A stretch of 64,000 nucleotides of DNA, from positions 69,753 through 133,752 of IMG/VR virus record IMGVR_UViG_3300031963_000024; one strand, written 5' to 3'. Positions 1 through 10,247 of the stretch are shown here, piece after piece. The translations under genes were made by a program, and so were the position numbers. Source of the stretch: a virus (lineage: Duplodnaviria > Heunggongvirae > Uroviricota > Caudoviricetes). Every line of letters starts with the position of its first letter. Within the stretch, counting starts at the first letter, position 1. Under the pieces are notes generated by a model. It saw only the letters and a program-made list of their open reading frames with translations. It made no database searches and had not been told where the DNA came from.

Positions 1-1
1 T

Positions 2-1024
2 TTGAATCCTGATTATGATAAATCCAATACACTAATCCAAGTTTTAAATAGCTTAGGTATTATTACCGTGATGGATTTAGATGACTATTGGCTACCCACA
101 AAAGAACATCCAGCATATCATTTAGTTGTACAACACAAAATTCATGAAAAAATTTTAGCGAACATCAAGGTCGCAAAATATGTGACGACAACTACATCTA
201 TTTTTGCAGATGAAATTAAAAAGTATAACAAAAATGTATTTGTTTTACCAAACGCTATTAATCCAAATGAACAACAATTTATGGAACCAACAAAACCATC
301 AGAAAAATTACGATTTGGTTGGTTAGGTGGTTCTTCACACTTGCATGATTTGGGATTAATGAAAGGTTTTACAGATGCTATTGGTCAAGAATTTAGAGAT
401 AAGTCACAAATATTTCTTTGTGGTTTTGATACAAGAGGAACAATGACTGAAATTAACGCACAAACTGGTGAACAAAAACAAAGAGCAATTCTACCACAAG
501 AAACTGTGTGGGCGAGATATGAAGAAATTTTTACAAAAAATTATGAATTCACAACACCTGAATACAAGGATTATTTGATGAAATTTAGACAAGACTCTTG
601 GAATGGTAGTGAACAATTTTATAATCGTGTTTGGACTGAACCAGTGACATCTTACGCGAAAAACTACGCTAAATTTGATGTGTCTTTGGCACCAATTATG
701 AATCACACATTTAATAGAGTTAAATCACAATTGAAGGTAATTGAAGCTGGTTTTTATAAAAAAGCAATTGTGGCATCAAATATTGGTCCTTACACAATTG
801 ATTTGAAACATTCATTGGAAAATGGTAACTTTGTTGATGGAAATGCAATCTTAGTTGAGGAAAAAAGAAATCATTCAGATTGGGCTAAAGCAATGAAAAA
901 ACTAATTCAAAACCCAACATGGGCGGCAGATTTAGGTGAAAGATTATACGAAACAGTAAAAGACAAATACGATTTAAATATTGTTACAGACCATAGAGCA
1001 CAACTTTACAAATCATTAAAATAA
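2..1024 (+). CDS. Glycosyltransferase, GT-B fold (GT1/GT4-like), 5'-partial
   Basis: ORF runs off the window's 5' edge. The C-terminal half carries the GT-B group-1 signature (EAGFYKKAIVASNIGPYT...GNAILVEE), which resembles the E-x7-E region of retaining GT4 enzymes. Confidence 0.5.
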   Translation: MNPDYDKSNTLIQVLNSLGIITVMDLDDYWLPTKEHPAYHLVVQHKIHEKILANIKVAKYVTTTTSIFADEIKKYNKNVFVLPNAINPNEQQFMEPTKPSEKLRFGWLGGSSHLHDLGLMKGFTDAIGQEFRDKSQIFLCGFDTRGTMTEINAQTGEQKQRAILPQETVWARYEEIFTKNYEFTTPEYKDYLMKFRQDSWNGSEQFYNRVWTEPVTSYAKNYAKFDVSLAPIMNHTFNRVKSQLKVIEAGFYKKAIVASNIGPYTIDLKHSLENGNFVDGNAILVEEKRNHSDWAKAMKKLIQNPTWAADLGERLYETVKDKYDLNIVTDHRAQLYKSLK

Positions 1025-1025
1025 A

Positions 1026-1733
1026 ATGTTACCATATCCAAAAACCAAATTATTATTCTTTGACTTGGAAACTGTTGGTGGTTATCCAACACTAAAAGAA
1101 TTTGAAAAAAGTAATCCTGAACTTCATAAAGTTTTTATGAAATATCAAGATTGGTTTATTAAAAAATTTCCTGAGGACAAAGACAAAACACCTGAGGAAA
1201 TTTACGAAACAAGAGCCGCTCTTGTTCCTGAATTTGCCAAAATTGTTGTGGCAAGTTTTGCTTTTATTTCACCTGATGGAAAAATGCAAATGCAAACATT
1301 CGCGTTGGACGATGAAAAACAACTACTTAAAAATACAATTCAACTTTTAAATAAGGTTCACAAACTTAATTTTTTTATGTGTGGACATAACATTAAAGGG
1401 TTTGATATTCCAATGTTGGCAAAACGGATGATGATTAATGGTTTTGTACCACCGGCAATTATCCCAACCGCAGATACCAAGCCATGGGAAATTAAAGCCC
1501 TTGATACAAAAGAATTATGGAATGGTACAAACCCATTCACAATCGCGTCGTTAGAATTGATTTCAGTATCAATGGGTTGTGAATCATCAAAAGGTGGACC
1601 TGTTACTGGTGGTGTTGTTCACCACTCTTATTGGGAAGCAGGAATTCTTGATAAAATTGCGGAATACTGTGAAGACGATGTAAAAGCGTTGGTAGACTTA
1701 ATAGAAAAATTTGATAAATTACAATATGTTTAA
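1026..1733 (+). CDS. DEDDh-type 3'-5' exonuclease (DnaQ/RNase T-like)
   Basis: Exo I motif FFDLETVGG; Exo II motif CGHNIKGFDIPML; Exo III-like H...D (HHSYWEAGILD). Length is typical for this family. Confidence 0.65.
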   Translation: MLPYPKTKLLFFDLETVGGYPTLKEFEKSNPELHKVFMKYQDWFIKKFPEDKDKTPEEIYETRAALVPEFAKIVVASFAFISPDGKMQMQTFALDDEKQLLKNTIQLLNKVHKLNFFMCGHNIKGFDIPMLAKRMMINGFVPPAIIPTADTKPWEIKALDTKELWNGTNPFTIASLELISVSMGCESSKGGPVTGGVVHHSYWEAGILDKIAEYCEDDVKALVDLIEKFDKLQYV

Positions 1734-2322
1734 AAATCTAAAACAAATGAATAGTTTAATTTCTGAAATGAAGAAATTAACAAATGACCCAAATGCTTTG
1801 AAAGACCCACAAGCAATGATGGAATCTATGGGTATTGACCAAGATGAAATTGAAAAACAATTATCGGGTTTATTAACCAAAAAAGCAACTTTAAAATTTA
1901 CCAAAATTCATCCTGATTCGGTTGAACCAAAGTATAACTATGAAAGTGATTCAGGATTTGATTTACACTCAACCGAAGATTTGGAAGTTGGTCCATTTGG
2001 TAGAATTTTGGTACCAACAGGATTAAGATTTGATATTCCAATGGGTCATGAAATACAAGTAAGACCAAAGAGCGGTTTAGCTCTTAAACAAGGTTTAACT
2101 GTATTAAACACACCGGGAACAGTAGATGCTGGATATGACGGTGAAGTAAAAGTTATTGTATATAATACAAATAATCACGTTGTAATAATACCAAAAGGTA
2201 TGAAAATTGCACAAGCAGTTTTATGTCCAGTAATAAATGGTAAATTTGTAACACTACACGAAGTAATCGAATTAGATGAAAAAGAACGAGGCTCAAACGG
2301 ATTTGGTTCAACAGGAATCTAA
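1711..2322 (+). CDS. dut: dUTP diphosphatase (trimeric dUTPase) with ~55-aa N-terminal extension
   Basis: All canonical motifs are present: SDSGFDL, PKSGLALK, GTVDAGYDGEVKV, and the C-terminal RGSNGFGSTG. The true start may be a downstream Met, since the 5' end overlaps the preceding ORF by 23 nt. Confidence 0.9.
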   Translation: MINYNMFKNLKQMNSLISEMKKLTNDPNALKDPQAMMESMGIDQDEIEKQLSGLLTKKATLKFTKIHPDSVEPKYNYESDSGFDLHSTEDLEVGPFGRILVPTGLRFDIPMGHEIQVRPKSGLALKQGLTVLNTPGTVDAGYDGEVKVIVYNTNNHVVIIPKGMKIAQAVLCPVINGKFVTLHEVIELDEKERGSNGFGSTGI

Positions 2323-2698
2323 TACTAGTCCTGTGTTGGCAAATGGTGTTAAGAACTATCTAATTGACATTGATGGTACAGTAACTGAAGATGTGCCAAA
2401 TGAAGAATCTGAACGTATGGCAACTTGTTTACCATATGAAGGTTCGGTAGATATGATTAACACTTGGTATGATGATGGACATATTATAACATTCTTCACA
2501 TCGAGGACTGATGAACATGAAATAGTAACCAAACAATGGTTAGATAAACATGGTTTCAAATACCACAACTTGTTACTTAATAAACCAAGAGGTGGAAACT
2601 ATCATTGGATTGATAATCACATTGTACGAGCGACTCGTTATGATGGTAAATGGGGTGAATTAGTTAAAAAAGAACACACAATAGAAGTATTTGAATAA
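2276..2698 (+). CDS. HAD-superfamily phosphatase (nucleotidase / Pnk-phosphatase-like)
   Basis: HAD motif I LIDIDGTVT (DxDGT); motif II FFTSRT; Lys/Asp motifs (NKPRGG, WIDNH). The 5' end overlaps dut by 47 nt in another frame. A TTG near 2335 could be the real start. Confidence 0.55.
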   Translation: MKKNEAQTDLVQQESNTSPVLANGVKNYLIDIDGTVTEDVPNEESERMATCLPYEGSVDMINTWYDDGHIITFFTSRTDEHEIVTKQWLDKHGFKYHNLLLNKPRGGNYHWIDNHIVRATRYDGKWGELVKKEHTIEVFE

Positions 2699-4338
2699 TG
2701 ATTACAATTGGATATAGTACCCGAAGTTCAAAACCTGAACTACAAGAATATTTTAAAAAAACTTGTGGTGTAAAAAATATACAGGTTATTGAAAAAGTTA
2801 ACCCAAATGGTCAGTCGTTGACTGACGTTTATAACGATATTTTAAATGAATCTGAAAATGACATTGTGGTACTTTGTCACGATGACATTTATTTTGATAA
2901 CAAGAGTTGGGGATTTAAGATTTTGGAACACTTTAAAAAGACCGATTATGGTATCTTAGGGGTTGCAGGTTCAACTAACTTACCTAAGTCAGGTATGTGG
3001 TGGGAAGACCGTCGCAAAATGGTTGGTATTGTAAATCACGAACACGAGGGTAAAAAATGGGAATCAAAATATTCAAATGATTTAGGGAACAAAATTCATC
3101 AGACAGTTTTGATTGATGGATTGTTTATGGTTGTGAATAAAAGTAGAATCCAAGAAAATTTTGATACCAATGTTAAAGGTTTTCATTTGTATGATGTTGA
3201 TTTTTGTTTTAGAAATTACATTAAAGATGTAAAAATTGGTGTAATGTTCAATATTAGAATAACCCATAAATCAATTGGAATGACAAATGAACAATGGGAT
3301 TTAAACAGACAAGAATTTTCAAACAAATACCAAGACCAATTACCTATTAAAATCAAAAAAACAAAAGAAGATAAATTAAAAATTCTTTTATCTTGTTTAA
3401 ATTTTAAAACATTTACAGGTTCAGAAGTTTATGTTTATGAATTAGCCAAAGGATTAGTTAAAATGGGTCACGATGTTACAGTTTTATCTGAAATTGGTGG
3501 TCCGTTAACTGATAAAGCAAAAAAGATTGGTATTAAAGTTAGACCATTTAGTGAACCGCCAGGTTTTAAAATGGGTGATGGTAAATGGTCAGTGTCAACA
3601 CCAAACGGTGTTGAGGTTTCTAAAGAAGGTATGCTGTACAAAATACAAGATATTAACTACGATATTATTCACGTTCAACATGAACCAGTTACTAATATGG
3701 TACTACAATTATACCCAAATATTGAAAAAATTGCCACCATTCATTCAGAAGTTATTGATTTAGAAAAACCTGTGAAACATGAATCAATTAAGAGATATAT
3801 CGCAATTAGACCTGAAATTAAGGAACATATTGTTGAGCAAGATGAAATTACTGAATCACTAGTTGATGTTATTTATAACCCAATTGATGATACAAGGTTT
3901 AATGAAAAAGAAACCACAGAAGAAAATGCCGTGTTGTTTGTTGGAACAATAGATTATCTAAGAGAACAAACAATTAAAGATTTGATTGAATATACTAATG
4001 AAAATCAAATGGAATTGTGGATTGTAGGTGAAAACAAATCAGATTATTTAAATGATATTTTATTAAACAAACACGTCAAAAGATTTACACCAACTTGGAA
4101 TACCGAAACATTTATTAGAAAGGCAAAAGAAACTGCTGGTATTCTTTTAGGTAGAACAACAATTGAAAGTTGGATGTGTGGTAAAAAATCTTGGATATAT
4201 AACGTAGACAAATCAGGTGGCATTTTATCAAAAGAATTGGTTTCTCCACCACAAGATATAAATAAATTTTATGGTTCAACAGTTTGTGAAAAATTGGTGG
4301 ACTCTTACCTTAATATTATCAATGAAACTTTTAATTAA
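2698..4338 (+). CDS. Two-domain glycosyltransferase (N-terminal GT-A-like, C-terminal GT-B/GT4-like)
   Basis: N-terminal part has VVLCHDDIYF...ILGVAGS (DxD-like). C-terminal part starts with a GT4 N-domain signature (FTGSEVYVYELAKGLVKMGHDVTVL) and ends with TAGILLGRTTIESWMCGKK. Confidence 0.5.
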   Translation: MITIGYSTRSSKPELQEYFKKTCGVKNIQVIEKVNPNGQSLTDVYNDILNESENDIVVLCHDDIYFDNKSWGFKILEHFKKTDYGILGVAGSTNLPKSGMWWEDRRKMVGIVNHEHEGKKWESKYSNDLGNKIHQTVLIDGLFMVVNKSRIQENFDTNVKGFHLYDVDFCFRNYIKDVKIGVMFNIRITHKSIGMTNEQWDLNRQEFSNKYQDQLPIKIKKTKEDKLKILLSCLNFKTFTGSEVYVYELAKGLVKMGHDVTVLSEIGGPLTDKAKKIGIKVRPFSEPPGFKMGDGKWSVSTPNGVEVSKEGMLYKIQDINYDIIHVQHEPVTNMVLQLYPNIEKIATIHSEVIDLEKPVKHESIKRYIAIRPEIKEHIVEQDEITESLVDVIYNPIDDTRFNEKETTEENAVLFVGTIDYLREQTIKDLIEYTNENQMELWIVGENKSDYLNDILLNKHVKRFTPTWNTETFIRKAKETAGILLGRTTIESWMCGKKSWIYNVDKSGGILSKELVSPPQDINKFYGSTVCEKLVDSYLNIINETFN

Positions 4339-4984
4339 ATTTCCGACAAGGTCCCGTAGAAAACAATTCTTTGAAACCTTTAACAGGTATCAAGAATACA
4401 TAAGTGAACCCACCACAAGGTTTTTAATTACCATAGATGAGGATGACTCAGACATGAACAATGATGAGGTACTGGCAATACTTGAATCATACGATAATGT
4501 ATCTTTTGTAATTGGTCAAAGTAATTCTAAAATTCACGCAATTAACCGTGATATTGATACATCAGAAGATTGGGATATTATCTTATTGGCATCTGATGAT
4601 ATGATACCACAAGTTAAAGGGTTTGATAAAGTTATTAATACTTTGATGAACGCAAATTACCCTGACACAGATGGAATCCTTTTCTTTAATGATGGATTTA
4701 AAGGTCAAGAATTAAACACATTGTGTATTTTGGGTAAGAAATATTATGAAAGATTTAATTACATTTATTATCCTGAATATAAATCAGTTTGGTGTGATAA
4801 TGAGTTTATGTTAGTCGGAAACTTACTAAGAAAACAAAAGTATTTCCCAATGGTTATTATCAAACATGAACACCCTGATTGGGGATATGGTAAACATGAC
4901 GTAATACACAATAAAAATCATTCAGACTTGTCTTTTGATATGAATTTATTTAAAGATAGACAATCCAAAAATTTCTACATATGA
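4322..4984 (+). CDS. Hypothetical protein, possibly nucleotide-sugar transferase-like
   Basis: Start adjusted to the internal ATG at 4322 (MKLLIKFPTRS), giving only a 17-nt overlap. No recognisable catalytic motif. It lies inside the glycan gene cluster. Confidence 0.35.
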   Translation: MKLLIKFPTRSRRKQFFETFNRYQEYISEPTTRFLITIDEDDSDMNNDEVLAILESYDNVSFVIGQSNSKIHAINRDIDTSEDWDIILLASDDMIPQVKGFDKVINTLMNANYPDTDGILFFNDGFKGQELNTLCILGKKYYERFNYIYYPEYKSVWCDNEFMLVGNLLRKQKYFPMVIIKHEHPDWGYGKHDVIHNKNHSDLSFDMNLFKDRQSKNFYI

Positions 4985-5640
4985 AAAAAATCATATCATT
5001 TTGTTTGTGGGGTGATAATCCAAAATACACAATCGGAGCGATTGAAAACGCCAAATTAGCAAAAACAATATATCCTGATTGGACATGTAGATTTTATGTT
5101 GGTACTTCAACACCCGATGAAATTTGGGATGAATTATACGACATGGACAATACCGAAATGATTAATATGGAAATTGATGGTAATTGGTCAGGAATGTTTT
5201 GGAGATTTTATCCAGCGTCTGAAAATGACGTAGATGTTTTTATTGTCAGAGACACTGATTCAAGATTAAGTCAAAGAGAAAAAGAAGCCGTTGATGAATG
5301 GTTATCATCAGATAAAGGATTACATATTATGAGGGACCATCCTTTTCATAATAGTTTAATTATGGGTGGTATGTGGGGAATGAAAAAAGACACGTTTCCT
5401 AAAATGAAGGAACTGATTGACATCTACAAGGGAGGTGATTTTTGGCAAGTTGACCAAAACTTTTTAAATGAAATGGTTTACCCTTTGTGTAAAAATAATA
5501 CCATTATACATGACGAATTCATGAATTTTGAAAGTTGGAAAAAACCATTTCCAAGTGAAAGAAAAGACAAGGAATTTGTTGGTGATGTTTTTGATGAACA
5601 TAATCAAAGACACCCAGAATATTATACATTTATACCATGA
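4981..5640 (+). CDS. Hypothetical protein (glycan-cluster member)
   Basis: ATGA start/stop coupling with the upstream gene. No motif recognised. Confidence 0.4.
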   Translation: MKKIISFCLWGDNPKYTIGAIENAKLAKTIYPDWTCRFYVGTSTPDEIWDELYDMDNTEMINMEIDGNWSGMFWRFYPASENDVDVFIVRDTDSRLSQREKEAVDEWLSSDKGLHIMRDHPFHNSLIMGGMWGMKKDTFPKMKELIDIYKGGDFWQVDQNFLNEMVYPLCKNNTIIHDEFMNFESWKKPFPSERKDKEFVGDVFDEHNQRHPEYYTFIP

Positions 5641-6497
5641 AAATACTAATAATACAAGAAGCCGGAAGAAATGAACCAAACAAAGAATTTAGAGAGGCCA
5701 AAAATTTTCATAGGGGATTTCAAAAATTAGGGATTGATAGCGTCGTATGGGGGTTAAACCATGAAAATTTCAATATCCCTTACAATGAAATATCTAAAGA
5801 TTGTGATGTTATTTTTTTATTAGAAAATTATGAAACAGGTGGATGGGTACCCGATTTATCAAATGAAAAAAAATTAAAATTGTTTTGGTCTATTGATTCT
5901 CATTGTGTACCCACATCACATTTTAACACCGCAAAAAACCATAATATTGATATTGTACTTTATGCGGTATATAATCACGGAAAATTATTTGGTAGTCGTA
6001 AAACAATTTATTTACCTAATGCATATCCAGATGATTTAATTTACCCCATTAATGAAATTGAAAAAATTAATGATGTTGGGTTTTGTGGTTCTATTTTAAA
6101 TCGACAATCACATTTAAATTTATTATCAAAAAATTTTAATTTTAAAAATGATACTTTTGTTTTGGGACAAAAAATGGTTGAGACTATTAACTCATATAAA
6201 ATTCATTTTAATAGAAATTTATCTGATGATATTAATTTTAGAACGTTTGAGACTTTAGGGTGTAAAACGTTTTTAATAACAAACCCAACACCAGGTATTA
6301 ATGAATTATTTGAGATTGATAAACATTTAGTTGTTTATAAAAATAACGATGAATTAATTGAAAAAATAAAATATTATTTAGATAATGAAAATGAAAGAAA
6401 ATTGATTGAAAATCAAGGTTATGAATTTGTTAGAGAAAACCACACTTATTTTCAAAGAGCTAAACAAATTGTAAAAATAATAGAAGAAAATGTTTGA
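5637..6497 (+). CDS. CgeB-like / DUF3880-type glycosyltransferase
   Basis: C-terminal region FETLGCKTFLITNPTPGINELFE...VVYKNNDELIEKIKYY resembles the spore-maturation CgeB glycosyltransferase family. ATGA coupling to the upstream gene. Confidence 0.45.
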   Translation: MKILIIQEAGRNEPNKEFREAKNFHRGFQKLGIDSVVWGLNHENFNIPYNEISKDCDVIFLLENYETGGWVPDLSNEKKLKLFWSIDSHCVPTSHFNTAKNHNIDIVLYAVYNHGKLFGSRKTIYLPNAYPDDLIYPINEIEKINDVGFCGSILNRQSHLNLLSKNFNFKNDTFVLGQKMVETINSYKIHFNRNLSDDINFRTFETLGCKTFLITNPTPGINELFEIDKHLVVYKNNDELIEKIKYYLDNENERKLIENQGYEFVRENHTYFQRAKQIVKIIEENV

Positions 6498-7269
6498 TAG
6501 AATTGTCACAAGTACTAATGAAAATAGTACTTATTTAGGATTTTGGGAGCTTCAAATTTTATCCCATAAAAAGTTTTTCCCTGAAAAAAAAATAACAATA
6601 GCTTTTTTAACCGATAGAACATATGAAGATGAATTAGTTAAAGAAATGATTAGTTATGATATTGACGTACAGATATATAAACCAATTAATGGTATTCCCG
6701 AAGGAAACCATGCTAAAATATTAAGATACCTATGTGCATCACAATATGATAATGAAATTTGTTGTATTACTGATATGGATACAATACCATTGCAAAAAGA
6801 ATATTTAACCAATCAAACTAATCTTAGAGAACCAAATAAATTATTATGTATTGGTGCCGAGGTTTATAAAAACACACCCCACTATGGTAAATTTCCCGCA
6901 CACCACATGACAGCTGAAGGAAAAATATTTAAACAATTATTTAACCCTAATAATTTAAATTATGAAGACAGTGTTAAAGAAATTTCAAATTTTAAAGTTT
7001 TTGATTCAAAAGAAAGCCTTGTTAATTCAAGGGATGGTTTTTCGGATGAATCATTAATTAGAGTTTTAATAGAAAAAAATAGTGTCCCTGTTCAACATAT
7101 AGTAAGAAATGTTGACATATATAATGATTGGATTGATAGAAGTTGGTGGAATATTGATATTGAAAAATTAAAAAATTTAAAATATATAGAGTCAAATTTA
7201 TTAAGACCTTATGATGAAAATAAACAACAAATTGAACCAATTTTACAATTTTTAAAAGATGAATCATAA
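6490..7269 (+). CDS. Hypothetical protein
   Basis: ORF in operon context. No motif recognised. Confidence 0.4.
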   Translation: MFDRIVTSTNENSTYLGFWELQILSHKKFFPEKKITIAFLTDRTYEDELVKEMISYDIDVQIYKPINGIPEGNHAKILRYLCASQYDNEICCITDMDTIPLQKEYLTNQTNLREPNKLLCIGAEVYKNTPHYGKFPAHHMTAEGKIFKQLFNPNNLNYEDSVKEISNFKVFDSKESLVNSRDGFSDESLIRVLIEKNSVPVQHIVRNVDIYNDWIDRSWWNIDIEKLKNLKYIESNLLRPYDENKQQIEPILQFLKDES

Positions 7270-7849
7270 AAAAGCGGTTTTAGAAGGATTGGAAACTGGT
7301 AAACAGTTACCACATAATGATAGATTAACACAAGTATTTAATAACCTACTTAATATTGAAGATGGTTATTGCGTTGAAATAGGTGCGGGATACGGTGAAA
7401 CTACTGTTAAATTATTAAACTCAGTTAAAAACTATAAAATAATCGTTGTTGACCCATTTGAAGATGGTTGGGGTAGTATGCCTGAGTCCTACGGAAAACC
7501 ATATCCATTTTTTCTTTTTCAAAATGCAATTAAACAATTTTCAGATAAAGTAATATTAATTAAAAAATCATCTGATGATTCATCGGTTATTGATGAATTA
7601 TTAAAATACAAACCAATAATTTTTTCATTTGTTGACGGATTACAATATACCGATAATGTATTGTACGATTTAAATATGATGGATAAATTAAATTGTAAAG
7701 TAATATGTGTTGACGATTATAATAGATTAACTAACATTAGTCAGGTCCCTTTAGCAATTGAGGAATTTATAAAAAATAATAAAAATTATGATGTTGTTTA
7801 TCAAAACGACAATAAAGAAATTTATTTAGTTAGAAATGAAAAAAATTAA
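7259..7849 (+). CDS. Class I SAM-dependent methyltransferase (FkbM/TylF-like)
   Basis: Motif I CVEIGAGYGETTVKLL; acidic post-I residue in KIIVVDPFED. Confidence 0.45.
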   Translation: MNHKKAVLEGLETGKQLPHNDRLTQVFNNLLNIEDGYCVEIGAGYGETTVKLLNSVKNYKIIVVDPFEDGWGSMPESYGKPYPFFLFQNAIKQFSDKVILIKKSSDDSSVIDELLKYKPIIFSFVDGLQYTDNVLYDLNMMDKLNCKVICVDDYNRLTNISQVPLAIEEFIKNNKNYDVVYQNDNKEIYLVRNEKN

Positions 7850-8402
7850 ATATTTTAGATTTGATGATGTTTGTATTAATGCTGATATAGATTTGATAAA
7901 CAAAATGACAACATTTATGTTTGAAAAATTTCCAGACTGTGTTGTATTGTACGGAGTATCACCATTAGTTCACGACATGAGTTATGAAAAGAATGATGTT
8001 GAGAAACAAAGAATTTTTCCAAGAATATTAAACGCGTTATCGGATTATAAAAACTTCTATAAGGTTGACATGGCTGGATTGCCTGAGTTTCACCCAAAAG
8101 CAACATTAGCAGCACATGGATTAATACATGTTGACCATAGATTATTACCAAAGTCAGTACAAGAAATTAGTATATTAATTAGTGCTAGTTTAGTTAAATC
8201 AAAAATATTTATTCCACCATTTAATAAATGGAATAAAGATACTGAAGAAATATGTGATGAACATGGAATTGAATTAGTTAAATTTGAAGACGGTTGGTTG
8301 AGTATGGAACATAACAATTTTTCTGATATTCATAATAAATGGTATCTTCATGCTAGAGAATTTGAGTATGAAGATTTTGTTAAATGGTTTGGAAATGTAT
8401 AA
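7836..8402 (+). CDS. Hypothetical protein
   Basis: ORF in operon context. Confidence 0.4.
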   Translation: MKKIKYFRFDDVCINADIDLINKMTTFMFEKFPDCVVLYGVSPLVHDMSYEKNDVEKQRIFPRILNALSDYKNFYKVDMAGLPEFHPKATLAAHGLIHVDHRLLPKSVQEISILISASLVKSKIFIPPFNKWNKDTEEICDEHGIELVKFEDGWLSMEHNNFSDIHNKWYLHAREFEYEDFVKWFGNV

Positions 8403-9177
8403 AGTAGGTATTGTAGGTATGGGATTTGTGGGGAAAGCTGTGTTTCACGGTTTTTCTTTATTTTGTGAAACTAAAGGGTATGATATTGACCCTAAAAAAA
8501 GTACACATACTCTTGATGATGTTTTAAATTCTGATTTTGTTTTTGTTTGTTTGCCAACGCCAGAATCTTCAAATGGCTCAGCAGATTTAACCTACATACA
8601 TGATTTTTTTAATTCGTTAGAAAATAAAAATCCAATTTTTATTTTAAAATCAACAGTACCAATAGGGACAACATCTAATATTGAATCGTTGTATTCGGTT
8701 AAAATTGTTCATAGTCCAGAATTTTTATCCGCCAGAACCGCAGACATTGATTTTATAACATCTAATCGTGTTATTGTTGGTTCTAACAATTTAGAAATTT
8801 CATTAAAAGTTAACGAATTATTCACACAAAGATTTCCAGGTATTAATACTGTCACAACAACCCCAAATGAATCAGAATTAATTAAGTATTTTTTAAATTG
8901 TTTTTTCTCAACAAAAATAACATTCTTTAATGAAATGAGATTATTATCCGATAAACTTAATTTAAGTTGGGATAGTATTATGAATGGTGTATTAAGTGAT
9001 GGTAGAATTGAAAAAATGCACACGGATGTTCCTGGACATGACGGTAAATTTGGATTTGGTGGTGCTTGTTTTCCTAAAGACACAAAAGCCCTTAGAGACG
9101 TGTTTATTCAAAACCAAATTCAACCAATTGTTTTAGATTCAGTTATTAAACAAAATAGTATTATTAGACATGATTGA
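8392..9177 (+). CDS. UDP-glucose/GDP-mannose dehydrogenase family protein (short form)
   Basis: N-terminal Rossmann motif MYKVGIVGMGFVGKAV. Central motif HSPEFLSARTADIDF...RVIVG. Catalytic Cys motif GFGGACFPKDTKAL. The protein ends about 25 aa after the Cys motif, so the usual C-terminal UDP-binding domain is absent. Confidence 0.7.
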   Translation, partial: EMYKVGIVGMGFVGKAVFHGFSLFCETKGYDIDPKKSTHTLDDVLNSDFVFVCLPTPESSNGSADLTYIHDFFNSLENKNPIFILKSTVPIGTTSNIESLYSVKIVHSPEFLSARTADIDFITSNRVIVGSNNLEISLKVNELFTQRFPGINTVTTTPNESELIKYFLNCFFSTKITFFNEMRLLSDKLNLSWDSIMNGVLSDGRIEKMHTDVPGHDGKFGFGGACFPKDTKALRDVFIQNQIQPIVLDSVIKQNSIIRHD

Positions 9178-9649
9178 ATTAAATGATATAAATTGGGGCG
9201 GTTCAGGAATTGAAAAATGTTTATACGATTTTTTAATTAATAAATTTCCTAAAGGAACTAAAATGTTAGAATTTGGTGGAGGTAAAGTATCAACAAATGT
9301 TTTTTCTAATTACTTTAATTTAACAACAGTTGAAGAAGATTTAGAATGGTTAAACATTTTTAAAAATAGGTACATTTATGCACCAATAAAAAATGATTGG
9401 TATGACAATGAAATATTATCTAAAGAATTAGATAATGATTATCAAGTTATTTTTGTTGATGGTCCATTAGGCGAAGGAAATCGTGTTGGATTATTAAATA
9501 ATTTAAATTTATTTAATGAAAATATTACTTGGGTTTTTCATGATACATACAGAGTATCTGAAAAAAATTTAGCGACTGAATTCTCTGAAAAAACAAACAA
9601 AAAAATAACGTTTTATTCTGAGTGTGATTATTGGGCAATTGTAGAATAA
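9170..9649 (+). CDS. Putative SAM-dependent methyltransferase
   Basis: MLEFGGGKVST (motif I-like), TTVEED (post I), FVDGP (motif IV-like). Confidence 0.35.
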   Translation: MIELNDINWGGSGIEKCLYDFLINKFPKGTKMLEFGGGKVSTNVFSNYFNLTTVEEDLEWLNIFKNRYIYAPIKNDWYDNEILSKELDNDYQVIFVDGPLGEGNRVGLLNNLNLFNENITWVFHDTYRVSEKNLATEFSEKTNKKITFYSECDYWAIVE

Positions 9650-9650
9650 T

Positions 9651-10217
9651 ATGAAAATATCTATACACCAACCTAATTTTATGCCTTGGTTACCATTTTT
9701 CAAAAAAATTGAAATTGTTGATAAATTTGTTATTTTACAAAATTGCCAATTTGAAAAAAACAATTTTCAAAATAGATTTAATATTGAAGACAAGTGGTAT
9801 ACCTTAAGTACCAATAGAGGATTAGAACCAATTATAAATAAAAAATATGTTAATCATGTTAAAGATTGGTTAAAAATTAAAAACAATCTTAAAGACTATA
9901 AAGAAGTTTTAGACATGTTTGATGATTGTATTACTGAAAATTTATCAGAAACAAATTCTAAAATTATAAAAAAAGTTTGTAATATGTTAGATATTAAAAC
10001 TGAAATTGTGTTTGATTACCCGACTGATTTAAAATCAACGGAAAGGTTACTTGATATCTGTGTTAAACATGGCGCAACTGAATATGTTGCGGGAAGTAGT
10101 GGAAAAAAATACATGGACATTAAATTATTTGAAGATAGAAACATTAATGTAATTTTTCAGTCAACAAATAAAGAAGATATGATACCAATAGTTGAGGTAT
10201 TAAAAAAACAACTTTAA
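9651..10217 (+). CDS. WbqC-like family protein (LPS/O-antigen biosynthesis-associated)
   Basis: N-terminus MKISIHQPNFMPWLPFFKKIEIVDKFVILQNCQFEKNNFQNRFNI matches the WbqC family signature (IHQPNYLPWLGYF...FQNRN). Confidence 0.55.
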   Translation: MKISIHQPNFMPWLPFFKKIEIVDKFVILQNCQFEKNNFQNRFNIEDKWYTLSTNRGLEPIINKKYVNHVKDWLKIKNNLKDYKEVLDMFDDCITENLSETNSKIIKKVCNMLDIKTEIVFDYPTDLKSTERLLDICVKHGATEYVAGSSGKKYMDIKLFEDRNINVIFQSTNKEDMIPIVEVLKKQL

Positions 10218-10247
10218 TTTTTAAAAAAAAATAATACTTTATATATA

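Noticed and set aside
2276-2322. Possible programmed frameshift joining dUTPase and HAD phosphatase
   Set aside because: The 47-nt overlap is explained by an alternative (TTG) start for the HAD gene. The dUTPase ends with its complete motif 5 and a stop. There is no slippery heptamer.
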